A stretch of DNA of 64,000 bases, from the IMG/VR virus record IMGVR_UViG_3300029922_000001, positions 124,001 through 188,000 of that record; one strand, written 5' to 3'. Positions within the stretch are counted from its first letter, which is position 1; each line of letters opens with the position of its first letter. Both the position numbers and the translations under genes were made by a program. Below are positions 1 to 11,848 of the stretch, piece after piece. The notes under the pieces are model-generated. The model did no database searches. It was not told the DNA's origin and saw nothing but the letters and a program-made list of their open reading frames with translations.

Positions 1-3000
1 TTATCTCAAGCTGGAGCAACCGCATATATGGCAATTAATGCAGGTCCATTGCCTGGATTAAAGCAATTGGCGTATAGCATGAACGCTACACTAGATAACA
101 CGAATATTAATCCAATTTATGGATATGCAGTTAATTTAGACGCGGATAAGTTAGTTAATGATATTATCAGTTTTGATATTCAGCGCGGAACTGGTACTAC
201 AACTACTCCACCTACTACTTGGTCAGAACTTCCGCAACCTAATAATCCAGTGTCAGAAAGTGATACAAATTATCAGTTTAATGGACCAATGGTTAGTCGA
301 TATTTATATTTAGATACGTTACCTTTTAATGGCAAAACGCTCAATGATACATTTCAAACTAAAACGCCAATGTGGTATCGCATCAATCAAACATATAGCC
401 TTGGTTCTGCGTCAGGATCAAGATTAAGCCCTGCTTTTCAGCCTTCACGATATTCTGAGGGTAGTCCTATGCAAATGGCTCCTGGGAGCGAAGTAGGTAA
501 TTTGCCAACTACTGTTATTGCAAGAAGAATTAAAGATTATGTCTTGAGTGACCCTACTCAAGTTATGAACAGTTCACCGGTTGCTATTTTCATTGCTGAT
601 GATCCAAATCCTCCTGCTGGTAGTGCTACATTTACCTCTGGTGTATTTAATTTTAGTTTTGCCGCTCATACTGATGATGCCAATAATGTTGCTGAAACTT
701 ATTTAGTTGCAAGATTTTGGTTTCACCCAGTTGGCGTTACTTTTAATGCCCAAAATCCTCATCAATATAGAAGTGTTTCAGAGTTGATTTTTATTACAAA
801 TAGTGCTGGAGAACAGGTTATTAGCAGACAAAACCCTGCTGATGTTTCGCAATTAATGATTTCCCCAGCGTTGGGTACGGATGATGCCAATTACTCTATT
901 AACAAATACATTACTTCTGCTCAAGGAACGGGTGTTTCTAATAATGTGTGGACTTTCCCATCATCGTTTTCTCAACCTGGTAACACTTATAACCAAGGAA
1001 GATTAGTAATAGGTTTATATATTGTTACCGTTCCAAATCCTGGTGATACGACATTAAATTCAGTGAATTCAGCAACTTCTTCTGATTCATCTCCTAAAGT
1101 TTATATTACTGTTGATCCCACACGTATGAGTGTTACAACTACTATTGGTCAAACTATTACTGGTAACTTATTTCCAACTCAACCTAATTTATTTGGAACC
1201 GCAAATTATGAGTCCGTACCAGAACCTTTATATCTAAATGCTACTACATTAGCTGGCGCGACTTTAAACGCTACAAATAATTGGTACATTTACAATAATT
1301 CAGTTGCCACTCCTACTGTTAACAGCCCAGACACTGCTTTGAATAATTTAATGATAATGACATCTACAAATAACAATATTCAAGTTGCAATTCCGTACAA
1401 AAGTGTTCCTCTAACCTTTAGTTCTAATACAAGGGTGTATGCAGATTTTGTAACAAATAACCTTGTTCTCACTGATGGTAAAATAACTAACGGAACATGG
1501 ACTTTTAGTTTCACAGCAGATCAAGGTGCTGATACCGGATCTATTAGTTATAAATATCAATTTGAAGCATTTTTGTGTACAGCAGATGGCGTTTTAATCA
1601 ATTATATCTTGAAATCTCCTATTCAAGATTCAGCATCATATACGGTAGACTTAACATTACCTTATGCAATTGAATCTAATAATGTACAAATGGTAGTTAG
1701 AGTTTCAGGCTATCCATATTCCACAAATGGTACACCGATTGATTTATCAGTAATACAAACAGAATTAGGAAGTAAACCAGTTGGATTGAGAATTACAAAA
1801 TTCACAGTCTCAGCACACACATTAACCACAATGGATGTTAGTCAAACAGATAGTTTGTTATTGAGTATAGCCTCTTTTGAAGGTTTGCCAATGGTGCCAT
1901 CAGTGACATTTGGTGGTGAAAATTTTTGGGTTGATTTAGATCCAGACATGAATCAGCAAGTAGTTGTCACGTCCATTGGACCTATGTTACTATCTGCTAC
2001 CTTATTTAGTCCAACTTGGTTAGTTAATTTGCCTCAAGGTTGCGAAATAGAATACAATTCTTCAGTTTACACTGGAGATGTTGCAATTAGAACCGCTATT
2101 GGTAGTTCATCCACCAATGATACCACAGTAACAGCAGGTTATAACACTGATAGTCAACAAATTCATGTGGCACACTCCGTTGAACAATCTGCAATAACAG
2201 CAAGCACATTAGTTCAAACCGGTAAAGTTATTCAACTTATAAATATGAATAATCCTAATTTACAGGCTACCTCTACTGTAAATAACTCAGGGGCTGCTAT
2301 CTCTAAACTATCTAATCAATTTGTATCTGGATATAGATTGGCTACAGGTGGGGGTTACTCTCCATATCAATTACAAGGTGATAATCCATCTATTGTGCTA
2401 AATAATGGTAATAAGTATATTCAAATCGTTACTGAGGTTGATGAAGTTACTGGACCATCTAGTAGCATTGTTAGAAATAGAAATCTTGGGAATGTCAATT
2501 CTTGGGACAATAATAGCCCAATTGCTGCTGGTCAATTTGGAGATATCGCCAGGGTTGCCATTGATCTACAATATCCAACTGTAGTGGATTTGAATAATGG
2601 TTTTTTCTGTATAATCGGTTGGTTAGATAGTGGGTTTGCCGCTGCAAAATTTGTAAGTCCATACACTTCGAATCCACAAGGAATTGTTCCTCAAGGAATC
2701 CAGCTTATTATTGATGGTAATGGAACAACTCCACCTAACTGGGTTTTTACAAAAGGAGCAATGAATATACCCGTAGTTCAAACACCTTTAGGTTGTGCTT
2801 TAGGATCATCACAAAATATCATGGTGGTTTATCCTTTACTTGGAAATAATGGAATTTTATATTGCAAAGAGCTACAAGGTATGCAATCTGTAAAGCCTTC
2901 TAGGGAAATTGTATCTTTTCCTAAAATTATAAATAACAATTCTGACAGCTTAGCCATAAGATGCCCAAGTGTAGTATATGATGATTTAAGTGGGACTTAT

Positions 3001-3351
3001 ATATGTGCATTTTGGTGCAGTGGTAAAATATTTATTACTAGATTCTTTGATTTTATTGATACTTCCTTAAATCAATTGACACTTGTTGCTGGCAATAATG
3101 ATTTTACCAAGACTACTAATCCAGGTAATGCTTTCTTTTCAGTCGCCAATAAGAATTCTTATATTGTTAATAATGTAACATCTCCAGATGTTAGTGATGT
3201 TCTTTCTCAACGAGTTGGAATTACAATTACACCAAACTTACAAGATAAGAAAAATTCAATATTTGTATTTTATAAAAATAATTTAGATCAAGTATTTTGT
3301 AGAGAAGTTAGGCTTGGTATATCAGTTGGTGCCGCGATTCAAATTAATTAA
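1..3351 (+). CDS. Large putative virion structural protein, 5'-truncated by the window edge
   Basis: Frame is open from base 1 (first ATG at 28). N/T/S/P-rich, beta-rich composition; first gene of a run of giant co-oriented structural-type genes. No specific family recognised. Confidence 0.6.
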   Translation, partial: LSQAGATAYMAINAGPLPGLKQLAYSMNATLDNTNINPIYGYAVNLDADKLVNDIISFDIQRGTGTTTTPPTTWSELPQPNNPVSESDTNYQFNGPMVSRYLYLDTLPFNGKTLNDTFQTKTPMWYRINQTYSLGSASGSRLSPAFQPSRYSEGSPMQMAPGSEVGNLPTTVIARRIKDYVLSDPTQVMNSSPVAIFIADDPNPPAGSATFTSGVFNFSFAAHTDDANNVAETYLVARFWFHPVGVTFNAQNPHQYRSVSELIFITNSAGEQVISRQNPADVSQLMISPALGTDDANYSINKYITSAQGTGVSNNVWTFPSSFSQPGNTYNQGRLVIGLYIVTVPNPGDTTLNSVNSATSSDSSPKVYITVDPTRMSVTTTIGQTITGNLFPTQPNLFGTANYESVPEPLYLNATTLAGATLNATNNWYIYNNSVATPTVNSPDTALNNLMIMTSTNNNIQVAIPYKSVPLTFSSNTRVYADFVTNNLVLTDGKITNGTWTFSFTADQGADTGSISYKYQFEAFLCTADGVLINYILKSPIQDSASYTVDLTLPYAIESNNVQMVVRVSGYPYSTNGTPIDLSVIQTELGSKPVGLRITKFTVSAHTLTTMDVSQTDSLLLSIASFEGLPMVPSVTFGGENFWVDLDPDMNQQVVVTSIGPMLLSATLFSPTWLVNLPQGCEIEYNSSVYTGDVAIRTAIGSSSTNDTTVTAGYNTDSQQIHVAHSVEQSAITASTLVQTGKVIQLINMNNPNLQATSTVNNSGAAISKLSNQFVSGYRLATGGGYSPYQLQGDNPSIVLNNGNKYIQIVTEVDEVTGPSSSIVRNRNLGNVNSWDNNSPIAAGQFGDIARVAIDLQYPTVVDLNNGFFCIIGWLDSGFAAAKFVSPYTSNPQGIVPQGIQLIIDGNGTTPPNWVFTKGAMNIPVVQTPLGCALGSSQNIMVVYPLLGNNGILYCKELQGMQSVKPSREIVSFPKIINNNSDSLAIRCPSVVYDDLSGTYICAFWCSGKIFITRFFDFIDTSLNQLTLVAGNNDFTKTTNPGNAFFSVANKNSYIVNNVTSPDVSDVLSQRVGITITPNLQDKKNSIFVFYKNNLDQVFCREVRLGISVGAAIQIN

Positions 3352-3369
3352 AATCTGTATAAAACAATT

Positions 3370-6300
3370 ATGGATATTTTTGGTGCTTCATCAGATGATA
3401 CTGGCTTAGGTAATCAATACGTAGGCGAACCTCGAATTGCACGAGGATTATGTGTTATAGGTGGTTTAAATCAAAAAAGTACAGGCGGCATTCGAGGAAC
3501 TTTTGCTAAACTCACACCAGATGCAAAGGACGATTCAAGTGGTCAACAAATGAGTTTGAACTATTATATAGATAATCAAAATCGCCACAAAAACTCTAAA
3601 GAGACTACAACAATGGGACCAGAAGGTGGATATGGTTTATATGTTAATAATGCTTGTGGTGCGCCAATGTCCACTTTTGTATTTGGTGGAATATCTCCAG
3701 CAAGCATGGAGGCGAATCATCCTGTATTAAATCTTATTCAAGGACCACCATCTTCACAAAAATGTACATTTTCTGATGGCTCTATTCCCTATTATGATTC
3801 ACCTTATATAAATTTTAGTTATCAACCACAACAATATGGATCTACAGAGCAAGACATTGTGGACGATAGCGGTTTAGTAAACTTTAATGCATATTACATT
3901 AATAATAATCCACTTATTCCAACAATGCACAGTAATGGAATAACTTCTAATGGTGCTGCATTCGATTTATATTCGGCTTCTAAACCTTTAATGACTTATA
4001 ATATATGGCAGATAAATTATCCGTCAAGATTTCGAACATCAACCTTTGATATTAAAAATTATATTGAATATTCTCAAGATTTTGGTCCAATCATTAATAC
4101 GGCTACTGCATCCGCTACGGCATTAGCATATGATGGACCGATAATAAATCAATTTATATCAGAGAGGGGCGCTAAAGTTTCAGTATCTACACCTAAAGAT
4201 TTTGTTACCGTTGAAAGATTATATCCTATTAGTAATGATTTATTGTATTCTAATTTTCAAACAAACCCAGTGTTATCATATTACAGTTTAGTTAATTGTG
4301 ATGATGGTACACTAGATGCGCCATCTGCGATACCTGTTAGCATGACTGGCGCACAGAATTGCGGCTTTCAAATACACTTTGAGTGTTCTGGTATAGATTC
4401 TTCATATTCAGCATCAACAGGATCAGTTGCACCAAGTATCTCAATAAACTGGGGAGATCAAAATGTTCAATCAGCTACTTCTATTAATCAATTCCAACTT
4501 ATAATAAGTAGCCAAGGTACAGAATTAAGATATTTTAATCCTACCAAACAAATATATAACGTTGCGACTAATGAAGGCACACCAACTCCTGTGGACGCAA
4601 GATGGGTAAAGATTAAACTTCCAAATGGTAAATCTTTACTGCCTAATTCAGTAAGTTTTTCAGTATATGTTCATTATGCTGGACCTTATATGTTTGTTGG
4701 ATTTGGTGATTTAGGAAACTCTAGCGATGTTCAATGGTACTCACTAGGTCCTGTAGACAATGATGCTCAACAAAAAGGACAAAAGCTTAATTTAATGATC
4801 AGTGATCAGGCGACTATAGTTATTGGTATAGGGTACATGACTGCCCTTTTTCAATATGGTCCAATGACATTTAAGAATTATAATAAACAAAATATTACCA
4901 ACGCTACATCTATTGTCAATAAAGAATATTTAAATTATTTTGATTTTACGTTTACAGCCCCTGGAGACAAACAACAATATTTAGACACTAAGTTAATACA
5001 AAAAAACTTTTATAGTTTGGCATATACTGGGTTAACAAATACTACGAATGCAAAAGACACAAATATGAGTTATGCTCCAGACTGGAGAAATGCGACAAAT
5101 AATCAATTTTCTTTTGTTTGGAGAACGCCAATTACATTACTCCCAACTGGAGCAAGCCAGGTTGATCAAGTAGACCCATTGTATTATATTCAAGGAACAC
5201 TTCAATATAATACAACTTTTGAGGGACCTGTGTTTTACGAAATAACAAATAATATTACCCCATCTATACAGCCATTGCCGCCTTATATACCTTTAAATAT
5301 CAATGCTGGTAATAGGGTTATTGGTAGCACAACCAATGGAACAGATCAATATAATCCAAATTCATTAATAAATAATTTTTCATGGGGAGATATAAGCACT
5401 TATCTTACAAGGTGGAACATGTCTTATGCTTGTGAAGATAATGCAAATAGTTCATATTTATCAATGAGTGGGTCTGCTACATTTAAAGATATGGGATTAG
5501 ACATCCTTGGTAGAAAAATACTTACTGCTCTTGATGGTAACAGGATGACTATTTCTTTAGGTGCTGGTTATACTACTGATTATCCAGTTATATTTGGTCA
5601 AGGAGTAATAACTAAAGTTTCCACAGAAAGAGATGGAACTGGAACAATAACAACAATATCATTTGAAGATATTGGTACTTATTTACTAAGACACTGTAAA
5701 TTTAAAGATCCTTATATTTTTAGTGGTATGAAATATTGCCGTATTATACAAAGTATCTTAACTATACTTGGTTTTGATAAATATTATTCACAAAGACCAA
5801 ATTCCGTAAACAGTGCTTGGTCACAGGCTATGACATTAAGAGCTAATGCTTCTGGTTTACCTACTTCAATTAAGGGAGGTTCCATTCGTGTGGATTCTAA
5901 CACGGTGCCCTATAGTGTAATGAAAACTTTTTTACAGCTTATTATTGAAAAAGGTGCAACTCCTATATTTTGGTGGGACTGCGTTGATCAACTTTTCCGT
6001 ACTGAATGGAGGCAAGCTCCTGAATTTTTGGAAACTTTATATTTTGCCGGTTATAATAGTGGAAATAATAATGCATTATTACCCAACACTCAAAACACTC
6101 CAGACGATATTGTAAACAATTTAAATAGAGATTGGCAACACGGTGTGCTTGTTAAATCTTGGAAGTCAGACGTACAATATCAAAACTATATATATAAGCT
6201 TACCATTTGGGCTAAGGATTGTATTGGTAAATTAATGTCTTATAATTATTATGCTCCAAATGCTATTTCTCAAGACGTTTGGAATAAACTAAATAATTTA

Positions 6301-6669
6301 AAAAATATTCAAATGCAAGATATACCAACGGGTTATGTAGGTTATGAACATATAACTTTTGATGATGGTGGTAATCTTCCTGTTTTTGAAGATAAAAATG
6401 CTTTATATAAATATGGAGATGCGTTAAGGGATAGTTATACAGGAAAACCTTATGAGACTATTAATTTTGAAGTATACGTTACTCGCCCACTTTTACATTG
6501 GGGAAGATTCTCATTACAGACATTTATAGGGGATGGAAGTCCACAAACAGAACCTTATTTTTATAAAAAAGTAAATTATACTTATGAAAAAAATAAAAAT
6601 ATTATTATAGCCGATATAGAGGGTGAGTACATTCAACCGTTGAAAGCTATTGGTGGTGGTGAAATGTAA
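3370..6669 (+). CDS. Putative baseplate hub-like tail protein
   Basis: 1099 aa. The C-terminal half (ISLGAGY...IFGQGVITKVSTERDG...TISFEDIGTYLL...IIQSILTILG) has the pattern of GpD/gp27/gp44-type hub proteins; structural context. Judged by eye. Confidence 0.5.
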   Translation: MDIFGASSDDTGLGNQYVGEPRIARGLCVIGGLNQKSTGGIRGTFAKLTPDAKDDSSGQQMSLNYYIDNQNRHKNSKETTTMGPEGGYGLYVNNACGAPMSTFVFGGISPASMEANHPVLNLIQGPPSSQKCTFSDGSIPYYDSPYINFSYQPQQYGSTEQDIVDDSGLVNFNAYYINNNPLIPTMHSNGITSNGAAFDLYSASKPLMTYNIWQINYPSRFRTSTFDIKNYIEYSQDFGPIINTATASATALAYDGPIINQFISERGAKVSVSTPKDFVTVERLYPISNDLLYSNFQTNPVLSYYSLVNCDDGTLDAPSAIPVSMTGAQNCGFQIHFECSGIDSSYSASTGSVAPSISINWGDQNVQSATSINQFQLIISSQGTELRYFNPTKQIYNVATNEGTPTPVDARWVKIKLPNGKSLLPNSVSFSVYVHYAGPYMFVGFGDLGNSSDVQWYSLGPVDNDAQQKGQKLNLMISDQATIVIGIGYMTALFQYGPMTFKNYNKQNITNATSIVNKEYLNYFDFTFTAPGDKQQYLDTKLIQKNFYSLAYTGLTNTTNAKDTNMSYAPDWRNATNNQFSFVWRTPITLLPTGASQVDQVDPLYYIQGTLQYNTTFEGPVFYEITNNITPSIQPLPPYIPLNINAGNRVIGSTTNGTDQYNPNSLINNFSWGDISTYLTRWNMSYACEDNANSSYLSMSGSATFKDMGLDILGRKILTALDGNRMTISLGAGYTTDYPVIFGQGVITKVSTERDGTGTITTISFEDIGTYLLRHCKFKDPYIFSGMKYCRIIQSILTILGFDKYYSQRPNSVNSAWSQAMTLRANASGLPTSIKGGSIRVDSNTVPYSVMKTFLQLIIEKGATPIFWWDCVDQLFRTEWRQAPEFLETLYFAGYNSGNNNALLPNTQNTPDDIVNNLNRDWQHGVLVKSWKSDVQYQNYIYKLTIWAKDCIGKLMSYNYYAPNAISQDVWNKLNNLKNIQMQDIPTGYVGYEHITFDDGGNLPVFEDKNALYKYGDALRDSYTGKPYETINFEVYVTRPLLHWGRFSLQTFIGDGSPQTEPYFYKKVNYTYEKNKNIIIADIEGEYIQPLKAIGGGEM

Positions 6670-6935
6670 TGCGTTTTAATACTTTTGCAGATTTAGTGGA
6701 TTCAAAAATAAATGATTCACAATTAGTGGATTTGGTATCAATACAGTCTAGGGGTTCGATGTCTATTCAGTTTTCTGATGATAGCCTTGCTCCTAATGAA
6801 CTTCTGCCAGTAACAGGTGTAATGGCTTGTGATAATAATTCATATTGGGGAATTACACCAATAATTGACCAGGATTTTCCTGATTCATCAGGAATGAATG
6901 CCACACCAAGTGGCGGCACAACTGTTAACACATAA
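6669..6935 (+). CDS. Small hypothetical protein, translationally coupled to the hub-like gene
   Basis: TAATG stop/start overlap at 6667-6671; 88 aa. Confidence 0.6.
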   Translation: MRFNTFADLVDSKINDSQLVDLVSIQSRGSMSIQFSDDSLAPNELLPVTGVMACDNNSYWGITPIIDQDFPDSSGMNATPSGGTTVNT

Positions 6936-6999
6936 ATCAGAGAAATTTAGAACGGTCACTTGATGTAATTGTGTATAAATTAAAATACAGGAATAATTA

Positions 7000-9900
7000 A
7001 TGTCAGGATATACCAGCATATACAATTTGTTTTATTTACAAGCGGGGGATACTGTAGGTTCCTTAGCGTCTAATGATCAAAATCGTTTTACTGCAATTGA
7101 AACACAATTATTGAATTTGTACCAAATCATGAATAATGGTATTATTAATAATGCAGATGGTACTATTTCTTGGCAATTACAACCTGTTCCTGGTGATACC
7201 GCAGGACAATATGTAAATATTACTGCTGGTAATGGAAATATAAACTTTATGGCTTGTACTACAACAAGTACATATCAACTTACTTTAACTCAACCACCTG
7301 GAATTACATCTGGACAAATGATAGAGTATATCATCTATGCAACTACTGATGCTACCACTTCTTATACTGAAGATACTGTATTTTTGGCATCTTTACAAAC
7401 AGAAGCTGATACTAATTTGTTTGTATGTTTAGGAACAGTACAGGTTACATATAGTAATCCAGTACAATATGTGATAACCACTAATGGTAGAGTTGAAATT
7501 GATTTATTTTCAACCATTAGTGCGGCTGTAAAAAACCACATTCATATTGGCGGTCAAAATCCTTCACCTATTGATTTAGGTAAGCACGTTAGAGGATTTT
7601 TGAGTGCGGCTAATTTGTCAGATTTAGATATTAGCAAAGTGACTCAAGGCACCTTAAATCCTGATAGATTACCACAGATCAGTCATAATTCCTTAGCGGA
7701 CATTGGTTTAGTTCCTCACCCTCAATTAGAGTCTTTGATTGCATCTATTCTTAATCAAACTCAAGGTGCAATGAGTAGATTGTCTGATATTGGCTTATTA
7801 AACCTTATAGTCCTTATTCTTTCATTAAAAAGACAACTATTTTCTGGTGCTGATACTGACATAATGTATGATATTGATAATAGACTATACAATTCTATCT
7901 ATTATTTGCCCCATAAATGGTCTTATCAGTTAGAAGCCAATAACCTTCCTGGTACTCAAAATTATGCCACGATAGATAGGGTTAATCGTCAGATTGTAGG
8001 TACTGGATCTCAATTTTTTGGCAGTAATACATATGTTTGGAATTCCATTGCGCAATATGAAGTATCAGAAGCCTTATTGAATAACATTTCTACACCACCA
8101 ATTAATAATATAACCTTTGGAACAGAAGAATCAACTCAACAGTACTTTACAATTGATACACCTTTAAACTTTACCGCAATTAATGAACTTAATAGTACAA
8201 CATGGGTAGACGCTATTGACACTCAAGCTTTAGGAAATGGTACAAACATGAAGTTATTCTTTAGACGTTTGTATTATCGTATGTTTAATAGTACGGAAAC
8301 TACTGATTGGACTAATTTATCGACCTTAGTGCATGGATTCGCACTTCAATATTTAAATTCAGTAGGAACAAGCGAAGCATTTCCAGATGATGTTTATATG
8401 TTCTTCATTTTATCTAGTTCCAACTTAACATTATCAGGTGCAAATGCAAATGGAGCGGTTCAATTACAGGTTTCTACACCGTTTAAAATATATGACCATA
8501 CAGTTGACACTTTCCCTCTTCCATTAGAAGAATATCAGTTTGATGGTGGATTGCAAATGAATGGAAAGATTGTAGTTACAGATATTTCAACTATTTTAAC
8601 TGCTAGTCAAGTTGGTGGAGTCTTAGGATTTGGATATTTCTATCAGAATTTCTCTGGAATATCTGAACCAACTGAATCAACTGAAGTTAACGAAGTCCAA
8701 TTAGATACAGCGGTTAGTATTAGGTTATATCCTGTTAGTTCTAGTTATGTAGCTAGTAATTCAGATTTTAGTACATTCTCAGATACTGTTTTATCAGGTA
8801 TAGAAGCTGATCTTCCATCAATTGGTACCGATAATGGACATGGTTTGATTATTCCACCAGGCTCACCTTCTCCTATTTCATTCTTTGGTTTTAACACTGT
8901 ATATTGTGCCGAATCCGCAGTAATGATCTTCAGATTGGGTAACAATTTTCCTTCAACAGAATGGCAACAAGTATTTATTCAACTTACGACTAGTTCGTTA
9001 GGTGCTTCTACGCCTTTTGCTGTTAGTGGAGATCCTAGATTGTTAATTAAAACCCGCATTGCAAATAGTGCTGGTAATCTCAATAGTGAATCACAATTTG
9101 TTACAATCAATACAACACCTGGACAAACAGTATTTCCAATTCCAGCCCCAGATACTGGATCTGTAATAGATGTTGCGTTCTACCTGTTCCGTGATCCTGT
9201 AGATGCTTCATTAGCACCTAGAATTGATAGTGTTGCTTTGACTTATTCCGGTCCTGGCATGGCTAACTTTAATACGTGGGCAACGCAGCAAGATTGGGGT
9301 ACTACTAATGTTCCATTCCTTAACAAATTAAGTTATGTATTAACTCAAACACCCAATATTTATAGTGGTGTAGGTGTTGGATCTATTTCAAATACTCAAT
9401 ATGGATTACAATTAAGTGATACTGAAAACCTTGGTGCCTATTTGTTCTTTGATTCTGCATCTAATTCGTTTAAACAAGGAATAATCAACGCTGGAACTCA
9501 AACAGAAACACAAATTTTCACTCCTAGTGCATTGTATTTATCGCCTAGACAACAATGGCAAAGTTTAAATTCTGGATTTTTAGGTGCTATGGATGTTTTC
9601 TATCCTGTTGATGGAAGTATTGTGGTTGCCGATACAGTGAATGATAGAATTATTCAAATAGATTCAGATGGTAGTTTAATAAAATCATTACAGGGTAATA
9701 TTCGTTTATCACAAACCGCTAGAGATTTGGCAGTATTAAGTGCTATTTATAATCCAATATTGGGTTGCATTTATGTATTGTTCAGCCAAAATGTTATAAT
9801 TAAAAATAGCACGTTAATTTCAATTGTTATAAATAATGAATATTATCAATGTGGTACAGCCACATTGCCAGTGGTTCTATTTAGTCCAATACAGTCTGTT

Positions 9901-10896
9901 TCTAGTACAATACAGATTCAAATATTAGATAGTACATTTAATACATTTTTAAGTAGTGTTGGAACAGCAAATAGCAGCAATATTCAGGTAAATATCAATC
10001 AAGGATCGGTAGAATGGGTAGCACCTGTTGTTTTTGGTCCTGGTGGAACAGGTAGTTCTGGTGGAACATCTGGCGGTGGTACTGGTGGTACTGGTGGTAC
10101 TGGTGGTACTGGTGGTACTGGTGGTGGAGGAAGTGGTGGAGGAAGTGGTGGTGGTCCATCTGGACAATCTATTGGACCTGTTAGAATAATGTCCGTCCCA
10201 CCATTTTTTGTCAATTCTTATCCTGGTGGCACAGGCAATGATATACCTGGCTTAAATATTATTACCCCACCTGTGGCAGACCCTGTTTACTTCCCTACAA
10301 ATACAACAGGATCTCTTATTGAAAACAGTTTACTTGCGTATCAGACAAATAATGGAGTTTGTACTGTTAATGTTGATTCTGGTAATATCGTTATGGCTAA
10401 TATTATGGCACCCACTAGCATACAAGTGCTTCAAGATGGTAGTTGGTATATTGCTAACAGTGCGCCATATAGTGTACAGCTATTTAATCAATTTTTATCA
10501 CAGACATCACAAATATCTAGTTCTGTTGCGCCATTTATTTTAGGTCATGGTGGTTCTGTTTATCAGGTTGATGATACAGCTAATACGATATTAATGGCGT
10601 TACCAGCCCCGTCTGGTGGACAAGGACAATTAAATATCATTAAGGGAACTAATGGCTTTACTTTGTATTTCCCACAAGGTGATTGTGTTAAAGCGTTACC
10701 AGACGTTAATAACACTGGCTATTTTGTATTAATTAACGATTTAGGCGTTAATGCGGTATCACAATCACAACTTATTTATATATCCATTAATGGTGACTAT
10801 CTATGGACTTGGGGAGCAGGACAGGGAAGTAATACGTTGGTAAAACCAACAAATATGTCCATACTAACTAATGGAAATATTATAATATCGGAATAA
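7000..10896 (+). CDS. Putative tail/baseplate-associated protein with NHL-type repeat and Gly/Thr linker
   Basis: 1298 aa. NHL-like DGSIVVADTVNDRIIQIDSDG; GGT repeat linker; N-terminal motifs shared with 26418..35954. Confidence 0.6.
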   Translation: MSGYTSIYNLFYLQAGDTVGSLASNDQNRFTAIETQLLNLYQIMNNGIINNADGTISWQLQPVPGDTAGQYVNITAGNGNINFMACTTTSTYQLTLTQPPGITSGQMIEYIIYATTDATTSYTEDTVFLASLQTEADTNLFVCLGTVQVTYSNPVQYVITTNGRVEIDLFSTISAAVKNHIHIGGQNPSPIDLGKHVRGFLSAANLSDLDISKVTQGTLNPDRLPQISHNSLADIGLVPHPQLESLIASILNQTQGAMSRLSDIGLLNLIVLILSLKRQLFSGADTDIMYDIDNRLYNSIYYLPHKWSYQLEANNLPGTQNYATIDRVNRQIVGTGSQFFGSNTYVWNSIAQYEVSEALLNNISTPPINNITFGTEESTQQYFTIDTPLNFTAINELNSTTWVDAIDTQALGNGTNMKLFFRRLYYRMFNSTETTDWTNLSTLVHGFALQYLNSVGTSEAFPDDVYMFFILSSSNLTLSGANANGAVQLQVSTPFKIYDHTVDTFPLPLEEYQFDGGLQMNGKIVVTDISTILTASQVGGVLGFGYFYQNFSGISEPTESTEVNEVQLDTAVSIRLYPVSSSYVASNSDFSTFSDTVLSGIEADLPSIGTDNGHGLIIPPGSPSPISFFGFNTVYCAESAVMIFRLGNNFPSTEWQQVFIQLTTSSLGASTPFAVSGDPRLLIKTRIANSAGNLNSESQFVTINTTPGQTVFPIPAPDTGSVIDVAFYLFRDPVDASLAPRIDSVALTYSGPGMANFNTWATQQDWGTTNVPFLNKLSYVLTQTPNIYSGVGVGSISNTQYGLQLSDTENLGAYLFFDSASNSFKQGIINAGTQTETQIFTPSALYLSPRQQWQSLNSGFLGAMDVFYPVDGSIVVADTVNDRIIQIDSDGSLIKSLQGNIRLSQTARDLAVLSAIYNPILGCIYVLFSQNVIIKNSTLISIVINNEYYQCGTATLPVVLFSPIQSVSSTIQIQILDSTFNTFLSSVGTANSSNIQVNINQGSVEWVAPVVFGPGGTGSSGGTSGGGTGGTGGTGGTGGTGGGGSGGGSGGGPSGQSIGPVRIMSVPPFFVNSYPGGTGNDIPGLNIITPPVADPVYFPTNTTGSLIENSLLAYQTNNGVCTVNVDSGNIVMANIMAPTSIQVLQDGSWYIANSAPYSVQLFNQFLSQTSQISSSVAPFILGHGGSVYQVDDTANTILMALPAPSGGQGQLNIIKGTNGFTLYFPQGDCVKALPDVNNTGYFVLINDLGVNAVSQSQLIYISINGDYLWTWGAGQGSNTLVKPTNMSILTNGNIIISE
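10075..10125 (+). repeat. In-frame tandem repeat (GGTGGTACT)x5+, encoding (GGT)n
   Basis: Five perfect 9-nt units at 10075-10119 plus GGTGGT. Confidence 0.95.
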
Positions 10897-10898
10897 TC

Positions 10899-11840
10899 AT
10901 GGTAATAAAAATTTTAAAAGATGAACAAGAAATAGTATTCAATAATATCAAGGCTAATATAGTTGGTTGGTCTGATTTAATGATAGATACACCTGACTTT
11001 TATTTAGTTAAGTGTAATTTTGGTGTTTTATCTCTTTCTGATATTGATGGAACACACGTTATTGTTGCATCTGCTTCTGAATCAAATGACATTAATTCTT
11101 TTATTTTGAAATTTAATGATAATGATATTGAAGAATCTAGTAAAAAGTTGATTAAGTTAAAAAATGGATTGTACTTATCAGTTGAAGATGGTTATTTTGA
11201 ATTCAATAAGTTTAATTCAGAAGTTACTGTACATTTTATCAATACGGAATTAAAAATCCAAATTTATGAAGCAATGTCAATGCAATCTTTCACTGCATCG
11301 ACATATACAGAATTTAATGTGCCATCAATCAGTGCAATTCCTTCGATATCATTAGGTGCTTTTGATTATCGCCCTTTGAGCGATCCACAGTGTTGTTTAC
11401 TACAAAGACCTGTACGTTTTGGTATACCTGTAGTTTCCACAGTTCCTGTACCAACAGCATTAGCGACAGATGATAATTTCAATATACCTCAATCTATTGA
11501 AATTCAATTTAGAATTATACTAAATGATTACATTCCACCATCTTTAGACACTGAAATATTATTTCAGATTTTTCTACCAGGTGGAGAAGACATGTTGCAA
11601 CCACCTGTCAATATTCCTGTTACAAGAGTAACAGCCCCATCGCAGGTTAATTTAGGTTCAGATATTGTTTTAACAAACACAGATACGTCATTGATTACTC
11701 ATACAATTTATGTTTGTAATTATATATTCAATCAGGAAAACTCCAATCAATTTATAGATGGCTATATGTATTTTAATGTTTTTATACCTATGGTAATCAA
11801 TACTTCAATTTCTGGATATTGTCAAACAAATACCACATAA
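10899..11840 (+). CDS. Hypothetical protein
   Basis: 313-aa ORF starting 2 nt after the previous stop; no family recognised. Confidence 0.7.
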   Translation: MVIKILKDEQEIVFNNIKANIVGWSDLMIDTPDFYLVKCNFGVLSLSDIDGTHVIVASASESNDINSFILKFNDNDIEESSKKLIKLKNGLYLSVEDGYFEFNKFNSEVTVHFINTELKIQIYEAMSMQSFTASTYTEFNVPSISAIPSISLGAFDYRPLSDPQCCLLQRPVRFGIPVVSTVPVPTALATDDNFNIPQSIEIQFRIILNDYIPPSLDTEILFQIFLPGGEDMLQPPVNIPVTRVTAPSQVNLGSDIVLTNTDTSLITHTIYVCNYIFNQENSNQFIDGYMYFNVFIPMVINTSISGYCQTNTT

Positions 11841-11848
11841 TTAAGTGT

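Noticed and set aside
9949-10214. Minus-strand Thr-rich and Pro-rich ORFs
   Set aside because: Antisense shadows of the GGT repeat in the 7000..10896 gene.
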